A stretch of DNA of 34,224 nt, from positions 1 through 34,224 of the IMG/VR virus record IMGVR_UViG_3300016636_000019; one strand, 5' to 3'. Shown piece after piece: positions 7,383 through 15,557 of the stretch. Source of the DNA: a virus. Taxonomy: Duplodnaviria; Caudoviricetes. Every line of letters begins with the position of its first letter. Position 1 is the first letter of the stretch. The notes under the pieces were generated by a model. The model saw only the letters and a list, made by a program, of their open reading frames with translations, had not been told where the DNA came from and ran no database searches. The position numbers were made by a program, and so were the translations under genes.

Positions 7383-7402
7383 GTGAAAAAGAATAGGAAG
7401 AT

Positions 7403-7978
7403 ATGACATACCCTAATTGGTTTGAAGCAACGGATGCTAGACAAAACTTTGAGAAACATTTATTACCATTAGCGAACACAGCCTTGCGCTGTGTTCAAAT
7501 AGGTGCATATACAGGAGATGCTACTAAATGGATGGTAGATAATATTTTAAAACATGAGGTGTCTTGCCTTATAGATGTAGATACATGGCAAGGATCTGAT
7601 GAACCAGTACATAAGAACATGGACTGGAATGATGTATGGAATACATACAGCGAGAAGAATAAAGAAGCTATTAACTCTGGCAAAGTTATACCAACAAGAA
7701 AAAGAAGTGACGTTTTCTTTGCCATGTCTGGCGGGGGTTATAACTTTATTTATGTAGATGGTGACCATACTGCATTTGCTGTATTACGTGATGGCATGAA
7801 TGCATATGAACAGACAGTTGTTGGTGGGCTCATTGCATTTGATGACTATACATGGAGCATGAGCATGGGTGATTTCTATGATCCAAGATATTCAATAGAT
7901 ACATTAATACATTTATTAAATGGACGAGTTGAAAAGATTGAAGAGAACTCTCAACTCTGGTTAAAAAAAATCCAATAA
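7403..7978 (+). CDS. Class I SAM-dependent methyltransferase (Methyltransf_24-like)
   Basis: VQIGAYTGDAT, DVDTWQGS, FIYVDGDH and GGLIAFDDY motifs; AGGA SD; the only credible plus-strand gene. Confidence 0.88.
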   Translation: MTYPNWFEATDARQNFEKHLLPLANTALRCVQIGAYTGDATKWMVDNILKHEVSCLIDVDTWQGSDEPVHKNMDWNDVWNTYSEKNKEAINSGKVIPTRKRSDVFFAMSGGGYNFIYVDGDHTAFAVLRDGMNAYEQTVVGGLIAFDDYTWSMSMGDFYDPRYSIDTLIHLLNGRVEKIEENSQLWLKKIQ

Positions 7979-8010
7979 AAAAAGAGGGGGATCAATTAAG
8001 ATCCCCCTCT
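7977..8010 (-). terminator. Rho-independent terminator of the structural operon, possibly bidirectional
   Basis: AGAGGGGGATC-AATTAA-GATCCCCCTCT 11-bp stem followed by a T-run on the minus strand, between convergent genes. Confidence 0.85.
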
Positions 8011-8019
8011 CTTCTCGCC

Positions 8020-8238
8020 CTACCATTCTGGTGGAGCAACTGCGAGCGCATCCAGCGTGGCTATATTGATGCACCCGACTGCTGGGATGTTAAGGCGACG
8101 CTGCAACCCTTTTAACATTTCCTGTAGGGGAGCATCAAGCACATCATCGCCAGCAACATTAAGAGCCACACGAACTTTCGTGACTAGCTCACTTCTTTCA
8201 TCTGGTCCAACAAGTGTTAATAATTTATTTGTATCCAT
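8020..8238 (-). CDS. Stand-alone peptidoglycan-binding (PG_binding_1-like) domain protein
   Basis: LVGPDERSELVTKVRVALN..DDVLD..LQEMLKGLQRRLNIPAVGCINIATLDAL follows the three-helix PGBD pattern (L..G.....V..LQ..L...DG.F.....AVK.FQ...L..DG....T..AL). Confidence 0.65.
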   Translation of the reverse strand: MDTNKLLTLVGPDERSELVTKVRVALNVAGDDVLDAPLQEMLKGLQRRLNIPAVGCINIATLDALAVAPPEW

Positions 8239-10145
8239 TAAGAAATAATTTGTTCAGTATCAATAGTTTGCAACTGAACAGTTACTATTCCTCCGAACCC
8301 GCTTGCAAAAGTGGGAGGTGCAACTTGCTCAAATTGAATAGCACGGATAACACAGATTCTTTCTTCTCCATTTGAGAAATCTTGATAGAGTACTGCTCCA
8401 CCATTCTGTTCAATACGCTCAAGGTAAGATATTCGTTCCCAGGGTACTGAGATTCTTGTGTTGCCATTAGGATCACGCTCCTCTTCATAGCATAATAATG
8501 GAACAGTTATTGTTCTAGATCTTTGTGGTGCAGGTAATGCACGTATCTGCCACTCTTCTAGTATAGGTGACTTAGTAGTATCAGATGAATCTCTAGTAAG
8601 ATTAAATGTAATTTCAAAATGATCTGATGGATTAACATAACCAGCTAAAGTAATTTCAGTGCTCATACCTAAAGGAGTAGATCCAATACTTAATAACTGA
8701 TCTTCTTGATCTTCAACAGTAAATCCAAGTGTTCCAGAACTATCTGGATCTGAGTTAATCAATAAAGATACTGGCTGTTTTCTTTCGCTAGTACCCCAAC
8801 GAATCCAACCAGACTTTAAATAACCAGATGAAGCTTTAACTGTGGCAGACTCAATCCATACGCCAGCACTAGTTGTAATAAGTTTTCTTCCAGTTGTACC
8901 AATAAAAGCAACGCCATTAGGTGAACTGCTATCAATAACTAAATCAGATGCATAGGCATAACCATTACCTACAGCTTGTCCAAGATTAATTCTCCATAAG
9001 CCAGTAGATCCAGAGATAGCTTCTGATCTAGTTGCATAAACATACTCTTCATTAAAAGCTATATCAGATACATTGCCAGTAACGTTGAGAGGTCCATATG
9101 TAAATGACGCACCATCAGTTCCAACCGATCCAATGCGAACACCTTTGTTTGTAGCAAGAACAACAAAGTCATTTAAGTAAACCCTTACTTGGTTAAGGGT
9201 TTCACCTCTTGGTAGTTCTGCAATAACGACAGGGTCGTTAATTGCAGCTACTGCGGAGGTAGCATTCATAGTATAAGATTGTATTCTTGATACAGAGCCT
9301 ATTGTATAACCAACAATAATAGAACTAGGTAGTTCACTAATTGAATTAAATGTTAAAGAAGTATTGGCAAATGTATACCTAACATCACCAGCAACCATAT
9401 TAACTGGTGGTGAGCTTGGGTTCCTAGGTAGTTCATACACATTCATATCTACTGAATCATGCATAACTCCAGCAATAATTCTATCTTTAACATAGGCAAT
9501 GGTTTGAACTGTTATAGATGTATGGGCAGAAGGTTTGTTATATAACTTGGTAACAGCCAATGCTGTGCTTACTTGATATATACCATCAGCAGCACCCACG
9601 ATTGCATAAGTTCCATCAGTTGTTAATATCTGTGCGGTTGTTGATGTTGATAAAGATGTTGAGGTGGTTGTAGTTCCATCATAAAATTTTACATTACCAC
9701 CTGCTATAAAAAATGTACCACCAGATACAGTAGCAGGATAGGTAGCAGCAGATGTATTTAATTGTGTAGTTGCTGGTAATAATGAAATCTCGCCAACAGT
9801 CCAGGGATCTATATTATTTGATTCATAGAATCTATATAGATCAGATGAATCTGCGTCATAATACCTTTCGCCCGCACCATGGTGCCATGAGGTGGCAGAT
9901 CTTAACCACCAGTTAGATAGCGACTGCTCACCAGCAGTTGCGCTCTGGTCAATACGTTCTTTCTGGTATGTCGTAGTGATACGACTAATGCGGTTATTGT
10001 CGGAGGCAGCCGACAACCATGGAGTATTACCTATAGCATAACTAGCAGCAAACTCATCACGTTGGTATCTAACCAACGCAGTAGGAATGTTGGTGCTGAT
10101 TGCAATAGGTAAATCGCCTTTAAGATATTTGTTGGTCGTTGCCAC
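8238..10145 (-). CDS. Tail protein, probably podovirus nozzle/tail tubular B-like (beta-propeller)
   Basis: 635-aa beta-rich Ser/Thr-rich protein with SWHHGAG motif; size and position in the structural operon. Confidence 0.55.
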   Translation of the reverse strand: MATTNKYLKGDLPIAISTNIPTALVRYQRDEFAASYAIGNTPWLSAASDNNRISRITTTYQKERIDQSATAGEQSLSNWWLRSATSWHHGAGERYYDADSSDLYRFYESNNIDPWTVGEISLLPATTQLNTSAATYPATVSGGTFFIAGGNVKFYDGTTTTSTSLSTSTTAQILTTDGTYAIVGAADGIYQVSTALAVTKLYNKPSAHTSITVQTIAYVKDRIIAGVMHDSVDMNVYELPRNPSSPPVNMVAGDVRYTFANTSLTFNSISELPSSIIVGYTIGSVSRIQSYTMNATSAVAAINDPVVIAELPRGETLNQVRVYLNDFVVLATNKGVRIGSVGTDGASFTYGPLNVTGNVSDIAFNEEYVYATRSEAISGSTGLWRINLGQAVGNGYAYASDLVIDSSSPNGVAFIGTTGRKLITTSAGVWIESATVKASSGYLKSGWIRWGTSERKQPVSLLINSDPDSSGTLGFTVEDQEDQLLSIGSTPLGMSTEITLAGYVNPSDHFEITFNLTRDSSDTTKSPILEEWQIRALPAPQRSRTITVPLLCYEEERDPNGNTRISVPWERISYLERIEQNGGAVLYQDFSNGEERICVIRAIQFEQVAPPTFASGFGGIVTVQLQTIDTEQIIS

Positions 10146-10154
10146 GATTTACCC

Positions 10155-10661
10155 TTACTTCTTAGACGGACAGTGCTGACAGCATTTAGATGTATCTTCT
10201 GCTGGATAAGCTTTCTTTACTGGTATGGCAGCAATGGCTGCCTTTACTTGATTAATTAATTTTGGTTGATTCATCCACCAGAACCAAGGGCTAGTATCAC
10301 TAGATTTATTAGCATTGATAGAAATATGTAAATGCTTGTTATGAGGGTTGCTACCAGTATAAACACGATTGCCAGACTTAGCTTTAGCACGAGACCATAT
10401 TTTTTTATTAAAGATAAGATAAGAAACTCTTTCATCTTCTTTTAACTTTTCAAATATTTCAGCACAATCAATGCCATTCTTTGGATCATGAGTTAGATCA
10501 ACTGCTAATCCAGTGTTGTGGTCTGAATTAGGATTCTGTTTTATATGAGCAGCAGATGGAAGTAGACCATCGCTGGCTTTCTTTCGTGCTGGTTTTAATG
10601 CTGTTGCTTGGCGCAGCACAGCAAGGGCAGCAGGTGTGGCTTTCTTGATTACAGGTTTCAT
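10155..10661 (-). CDS. Endolysin, zinc-peptidase (M15-like) catalytic domain only
   Basis: SDHNTGLAVDLTHD...YLIFNKKIWS...YTGSNPHNKHLHISI (H-x6-D...HxH); adjacent to holin-like genes. Confidence 0.75.
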   Translation of the reverse strand: MKPVIKKATPAALAVLRQATALKPARKKASDGLLPSAAHIKQNPNSDHNTGLAVDLTHDPKNGIDCAEIFEKLKEDERVSYLIFNKKIWSRAKAKSGNRVYTGSNPHNKHLHISINANKSSDTSPWFWWMNQPKLINQVKAAIAAIPVKKAYPAEDTSKCCQHCPSKK

Positions 10662-10861
10662 CCATTGTTCTTTCCAGCTATTAATTCAAATAAACTATCC
10701 ACTCGCTTTTCCAATCTATCGACGGAGTCACGAAGGCTTGTGCCAGAGTTCGGCTTAAGTTCAGCAAGGTAATGTTTTACTAACCAACGAACTGAGCCAG
10801 CAAAGCTGGCGACTATTGTGGTAACCGCTACTGCGATACCAGCCCACTCGTTGCTAGACAT
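10658..10861 (-). CDS. Single-TM membrane protein of the lysis cassette
   Basis: N-terminal TM, then LAELKPNSGTSLRDSVDRLE coiled coil; this pattern is typical of actinophage lysis-cassette membrane proteins. Confidence 0.7.
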   Translation of the reverse strand: MSSNEWAGIAVAVTTIVASFAGSVRWLVKHYLAELKPNSGTSLRDSVDRLEKRVDSLFELIAGKNNG

Positions 10862-11049
10862 TACTCTGACCCACGCCCATACTCAGTTGCTGATGGATCT
10901 AACCATTTAAGAACTGGTCCAAGGAATCCAGCTAATGCTGCAGTTCCTAAAGTCTTTGGATCTGTCACTCCTGTTAGATACAGTGCAACAGCAGCAGAAG
11001 CTGCTGCTCGGAACCAAGACAGTATTGCTGATTGTAGTTTTGCGTTCAT
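10861..11049 (-). CDS. Putative holin (two TM segments)
   Basis: SWFRAAASAAVALYLTG...AALAGFLGPVLKWLDP...YGRG; strong SD AAGGAG before ATG 11049. Confidence 0.7.
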   Translation of the reverse strand: MNAKLQSAILSWFRAAASAAVALYLTGVTDPKTLGTAALAGFLGPVLKWLDPSATEYGRGSE

Positions 11050-11094
11050 TTGCTTCTCCTTTTTGTGGTTATAATTAACCACAATATTTTTTAA

Positions 11095-11304
11095 TTAAGA
11101 AAGTAAAAGTTTTGCTTGCTCTTCGGTAATGCCTAGTTGTGCTAGGAGTTGTGCTTTGGCTTGCACCTTTGCTTGTGCTTCGGCTATACGTTGTTGTATT
11201 TTTTCATCTTCTAAACGATTTATTTCTATTTCTTCTGGTGTTAAATTTACTTCAAATATTTCACCAGTTTCGCAATTTACAACTGTTTTTTTATTTGTGT
11301 TCAT
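11095..11304 (-). CDS. Small tail-fibre-associated protein (chaperone-like)
   Basis: VNCETGE...LTPEEI...KAQLLAQLGITEEQAKLLL, directly after a fibre gene. Confidence 0.6.
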   Translation of the reverse strand: MNTNKKTVVNCETGEIFEVNLTPEEIEINRLEDEKIQQRIAEAQAKVQAKAQLLAQLGITEEQAKLLLS

Positions 11305-12080
11305 TATTTGACTCCATATAATAATACTTGACCTGAATTATAAGTTACGTTTTGACCTAGATATAGAGTAATACTTGTAATAGCACTATTAGTTTCTATT
11401 CCACCCCAAGCACCCACTGCAGTACCTACACCACCTGACTGTTCTATAAATCCAAATCCAGTCATCGGTTTATAATAACTTGTATTTGCATAATTAAAAA
11501 TTGTACAAACAAAAGTATTATTATTGCTCCCTGAACTAATATTATAGCCAGCAGACATATTCATTACAGAATTATCAGCCGTATTAGAATTGTTTGACCC
11601 GCCACTATTTTGCCTTTGGTCAAGAGTTACAATGTTTGTGCTACCATTTGGTCTTATTTCAATTTGCGTATTGTAAGTAGGAAAATTAGCACCGTTAATT
11701 ATTAATACTAAATTATTATATGTGCCAGGAATAGAAGTTAAATCAGTTTGCCTGTTTGATAATGTAGTAGTAGAAATTAGAGTCATTCCACCGCCAGTAG
11801 CAGCAGCAGCCCACTTAACTCCATTAGTTGCGCTAGAGTCAGCTGTAAGAACATAATCGTTAGTACCGACTGCTAGTCGAGCAGGAGCATCGGCTGCACT
11901 ACCAACAATTAAGTCACCCTTAGCATCTATTAAAGATTTAGGAATGTCAGCGGTAGTAGATGCTTTACCATCTAACTGTGTCTGAATAGCAGAGGTTACG
12001 CCATTGACATAACTTAACTCTGTAGCTGATACATCATCTAATACATCTGCTGCATTTGCCAGATCTCTTGCTTTACTCAT
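11304..12080 (-). CDS. Tail fibre/receptor-binding-like protein
   Basis: MSKARDLAN N-terminus, ELSYVNGVTSAIQTQLD, DAKGDLIVG module, GGMTLISTTTLS...LYGVK C-terminal domain. Confidence 0.7.
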   Translation of the reverse strand: MSKARDLANAADVLDDVSATELSYVNGVTSAIQTQLDGKASTTADIPKSLIDAKGDLIVGSAADAPARLAVGTNDYVLTADSSATNGVKWAAAATGGGMTLISTTTLSNRQTDLTSIPGTYNNLVLIINGANFPTYNTQIEIRPNGSTNIVTLDQRQNSGGSNNSNTADNSVMNMSAGYNISSGSNNNTFVCTIFNYANTSYYKPMTGFGFIEQSGGVGTAVGAWGGIETNSAITSITLYLGQNVTYNSGQVLLYGVK

Positions 12081-12459
12081 TTGGGGTTACCTCTCTCCAA
12101 GATAGGTCATCTTCTGACCAGTAGTAAGATTTACCTTCAACTGTAGGTCTAGGAGTAGGTGCTTGCCAACGGCAAGTATCTTCATCTAATACCCAGGAAT
12201 TAAATGGTTTAGGAATCATAAATGCATCTTTATCAGCATCATAAATCATACCAATGCCTGCATAGTTCTTACGGATGTTACCATTGTAAGAGGTTCTTTT
12301 ACACACTTGACCTTTGAGGTTACCATAAAATGTTTCCCAAGCCTCAGTGCTACCACCAACTTGAGTACCATCAATATCAGTTTGAATTATGTTTTCATCA
12401 ACTCCTGTAATTACCTCAGTAACCACATTGTTGTTATCTAAGAATGCATAATGTGCCAC
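12073..12459 (-). CDS. Tail-fibre-associated conserved protein
   Basis: MAHYAFLD.NNVVTEVITG...CKRTSYNGNIRKNYAGIG..YD...DAF..PKPF.SW.LDE.TC.W.AP; GTG at 12459 with AAGGA SD. Confidence 0.7.
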   Translation of the reverse strand: MAHYAFLDNNNVVTEVITGVDENIIQTDIDGTQVGGSTEAWETFYGNLKGQVCKRTSYNGNIRKNYAGIGMIYDADKDAFMIPKPFNSWVLDEDTCRWQAPTPRPTVEGKSYYWSEDDLSWREVTPNE

Positions 12460-12479
12460 TATATTTTCCTTTTCTTTAT

Positions 12480-13367
12480 TTATATCCAACTTACACTGCC
12501 TGAACCAGCAGTAATTGTTGTGACCTTATCTGAACCTGTTGTTGATGTACTGCCTGTTAACCCTGCACCAATAGTAATTGACCTAGTGTTAGGGTATCTT
12601 AAAATAACTACGCCGCTACCGCCAGCCTCACCATATCCACCACCACCACCAGTATTGGCTGTACCAGCAAAACCTCCAGCACCACCACCACCTGCAGTTG
12701 CAGTAGAGTTGTTATATCCACTACCACCACTTGCTCTTGTAACAGCACTTCCTGTTATATTATTGGAAACACCCGCACCACCTGCACCACCAATATTATT
12801 AGTTGTACCAGAAGGATTTCCTCCTACACCACCAGCACCACCGCCTCCTGCTGACTGAAACCAAGTACCTGTGTTAGTAGCATTTCCTCCACTATATCCT
12901 TGATTAGTAGTTCCAGTTCCACCACTAGTTGGTCCAACACCGTTGTATACGGCAGCACCACCGCCACAGCCACCATTACCAGGTCCACCACTACTATTTC
13001 CTACCGCTCCATATCCCCCACCTGTTGAGGTAACATTATTAAATTGTGAATCAGAGCCACTCATACCAGTGTTATATCCAGAAGAATCTGTTCTTCCAAC
13101 GTTTGGTCCACCAGCACCAACGCTTACGGCATATCCTACTCCAGTAAAAATTGTTTGCGAACTTTCCAAACTTCCGCCACCGCCTGTAGTTCCATAACTA
13201 GCACGAAGTCCACCAGCACCACCGCCAGCACCACCATTTTGTCCACCACCGCCACCACCTGCTATCACTAAAAAATCTACAGTCACCTGTTCCGCACCAG
13301 TATATAAATTAGCATTAAATACGGTTCCAAATATAGCTCCAGTTTTAAGGCTTCTTATTGGAGTCAT
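12480..13367 (-). CDS. Glycine-rich-domain tail protein
   Basis: VDFLVIAGGGGGG...GGGGAGG...GTANTGGGGG..GGSGVVILRY. Confidence 0.8.
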   Translation of the reverse strand: MTPIRSLKTGAIFGTVFNANLYTGAEQVTVDFLVIAGGGGGGQNGGAGGGAGGLRASYGTTGGGGSLESSQTIFTGVGYAVSVGAGGPNVGRTDSSGYNTGMSGSDSQFNNVTSTGGGYGAVGNSSGGPGNGGCGGGAAVYNGVGPTSGGTGTTNQGYSGGNATNTGTWFQSAGGGGAGGVGGNPSGTTNNIGGAGGAGVSNNITGSAVTRASGGSGYNNSTATAGGGGAGGFAGTANTGGGGGYGEAGGSGVVILRYPNTRSITIGAGLTGSTSTTGSDKVTTITAGSGSVSWI

Positions 13368-13669
13368 TAGGCAATCTCCACTCCGCTAATATGAAAATTA
13401 ACAGTTGTTGCAGATGCTGAACCTTTAATAGTTTTAGTCGCAGCCAATGCTTGTTTTAAATCAATTATTGAAGAATCGTTAGGAAGTATGCTAACTGTAG
13501 TTCCAATTGATACATCATCAAGAAGTAATGTATATGTAGCACTTGATGATGAAGTATTAGCAACTACTATATTAGTTACTACGGTTGTAGTTGCTGAAGG
13601 GACTGTATATAGGGTCGTGCTTGATGTTGATGCTGCTCCTCTAAAGAGCACCTTTGAAGTTGTAGCCAT
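13367..13669 (-). CDS. Small virion/tail protein
   Basis: TTLYTVPSATTTVVTNIVVAN...VNFHISGVEI beta-sandwich; SD GAAAGG. Confidence 0.65.
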   Translation of the reverse strand: MATTSKVLFRGAASTSSTTLYTVPSATTTVVTNIVVANTSSSSATYTLLLDDVSIGTTVSILPNDSSIIDLKQALAATKTIKGSASATTVNFHISGVEIA

Positions 13670-13691
13670 TAGTTACTACCTTTCGTTGTTG

Positions 13692-15554
13692 TTAGTATGC
13701 ACCCATTATGGTCATATTTATATCTGCGTATTGTGTTAAATCTGGAGCAGGAACCTCTGCCCACTCAAGTCCTGTTGCAGTTGCTGAGTTAGCCTTTAAG
13801 AAATATCCATTGGTTCCTACAGTTAGTTTACCTGTTGTATCGGCTGCAGTTCCTACAATCAAATCGCCTTTAGCGTCAAAGACTGTGTTAGGGATTGCTG
13901 TAGCCAAATCAAATGCGGTAAAGGTAATTACCTCTAATACATCAGATGCAGCTAATGCTGCCAAAGATGTAATGCTTGATCCATTAGATGCTGTGTAATC
14001 TGTACCACGAAGTAATAGAACACCATTTAGGTATACCTGCTCTTTACCTGCTAGGTATGAAAGTGTTAGACCATTAGCATCTGCTCCAGAGACTGAAGTC
14101 TCTCCACCAGTTGCCACAAACTTATAACGATAAATTTCTGCAGTTGAAGATATTCCACCCCAAGCAGATCCTGTCCATGCATACATTGCATCAGCAGTAC
14201 TATCCCAATAAAGAGCACCTTCTATTAATGCATTGCCATCATTGTCTGCAGCTGGTGGGCTTGCCTTGGCACCCAAATATCTATCATCAAATGAATCATA
14301 TGTTGATGCTGCAGCCGTTGCGGAAGCATCGGCAGATGCAGCAGATGTAGCTGCAGAAGAGGCAGATGTTTGTGCAGAAGAAACACTTGTTGCCATAGTT
14401 GAAGCATATGTTTGTGCAGATGACGCACTGGTTGCAGCAGATGCTGCCGACGTTGCAGCGGATGAAGCAGAAGTAGCAGCACTGGTAGCAGAAGTAGAAG
14501 CAGCAGAAGCATAGTTAGAAGCATTAGTTGCTTGAGTGCCAGCACTAGTTGCAGATGTAGCAGCACTTGCTGCACTAGTTGCAGCAGCGGTTTCACTTGA
14601 TGCAGCAGCGGTAGCATAACTTGAAATAGTTGCAACAGATGCAGCAGCAGTAGTTGCTGATGAAGCAGCAGCAGTTGCGCTATTAGCAGCAGATGTTGCA
14701 GATGTTGCTGCACTACTTGCTGATGTGGCAGCCGATGTTTGTGATGTTAAAGCTGATGATGCTGATGTCGCTGCGCTTGAAGCAGAAGTAGCAGCTGATG
14801 TTTGAGAAGTTAATGCACTAGATGCACTAGTTGCTGCTGAAGAAGCAGAAGTGGATGCAGAGGAAGCACTAGTAGCAGCAGCAGTTGCACTCGCTGCTGC
14901 AGAAGATGCTGACGTAACAGCACTTGCTGCAGAGGTGGCAGCACTGCTTGCTGAAGTAGAAGCACTAGATGCTGAAGTGGCAGCAGCCGTGGCTGATGCT
15001 GCAGCACTAGTAGTTTGTGTATCAATGTAATTTCTGGTAGCAGCAGATGATGCTGCGGTTGGTTCAGCAAGACCAGTAATACTTGCACCAGTAATTGTAC
15101 CACCACTAATGGTTGCAGTAGAGGTAAAAGTTCCAGATATTGTTGCACCATTTATAGTAGGTGTTGTTAAAGTTTTACTTGCTAAAGTTTGAGCACCGCT
15201 TGTACCAACAACATCTCCAGATACACCGTGAACTCCAGTAGTTGCTATTTCATGTGCTCTTGATTCAGTAAAGTCTCGAGCCGATACACCGTGTTCAACG
15301 TTAGCACCAACAGCATGTGCCTTAGCACCAGATGAATCAATGTTACGTGTGATCTGATAGGAAGAACCTACAAGACTGGTTACCTCAACAACCTCTTCAT
15401 TAGCTGTGTCCTTTTCAAGGATCAACGTATAAGGATATTGTGCTGGTAAATTAGATGCAGCAGACAGCGTTAAGCTGGTTGCTGATGATGAGATCGAATC
15501 CGCTAAGGTTGTTTTAGCAGCATTCGAACTGTAATAGCGTGACGGTGATGGCAT
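13692..15554 (-). CDS. Long tail fibre with an Ala/Ser/Thr coiled-coil stalk
   Basis: N-terminal attachment domain (EEVVEVT...ITR..D...AHAVGANVEH), QTLASKTLTTPTI, SASSAAT repeats, FDDRYLGAK and QVYLNGVLL..GTDYTA modules. Confidence 0.8.
   Translation of the reverse strand: MPSPSRYYSSNAAKTTLADSISSSATSLTLSAASNLPAQYPYTLILEKDTANEEVVEVTSLVGSSYQITRNIDSSGAKAHAVGANVEHGVSARDFTESRAHEIATTGVHGVSGDVVGTSGAQTLASKTLTTPTINGATISGTFTSTATISGGTITGASITGLAEPTAASSAATRNYIDTQTTSAAASATAAATSASSASTSASSAATSAASAVTSASSAAASATAAATSASSASTSASSAATSASSALTSQTSAATSASSAATSASSALTSQTSAATSASSAATSATSAANSATAAASSATTAAASVATISSYATAAASSETAAATSAASAATSATSAGTQATNASNYASAASTSATSAATSASSAATSAASAATSASSAQTYASTMATSVSSAQTSASSAATSAASADASATAAASTYDSFDDRYLGAKASPPAADNDGNALIEGALYWDSTADAMYAWTGSAWGGISSTAEIYRYKFVATGGETSVSGADANGLTLSYLAGKEQVYLNGVLLLRGTDYTASNGSSITSLAALAASDVLEVITFTAFDLATAIPNTVFDAKGDLIVGTAADTTGKLTVGTNGYFLKANSATATGLEWAEVPAPDLTQYADINMTIMGAY
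14305..15010 (-). repeat. Degenerate 21-nt (7-aa) SASSAAT/SATSAAT tandem repeats
   Basis: Roughly 230 aa of heptad repeats in the translation, including SASSALTSQTSAAT twice. Confidence 0.85.
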
Positions 15555-15557
15555 TTA

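Noticed and set aside
12451-15151. Alternative-frame and antisense ORFs (e.g. 12451-12858 +, 14233-14514 +, 14225-14713 -, 14810-15151 -)
   Set aside because: Shadows of Gly-rich and Ala/Ser/Thr-rich codon usage in real minus-strand genes; low-complexity products with no RBS.
11095-15554. Diversity-generating retroelement or invertible cassette acting on the fibre genes
   Set aside because: No reverse transcriptase or invertase, and no near-identical repeat pair differing only at adenines.
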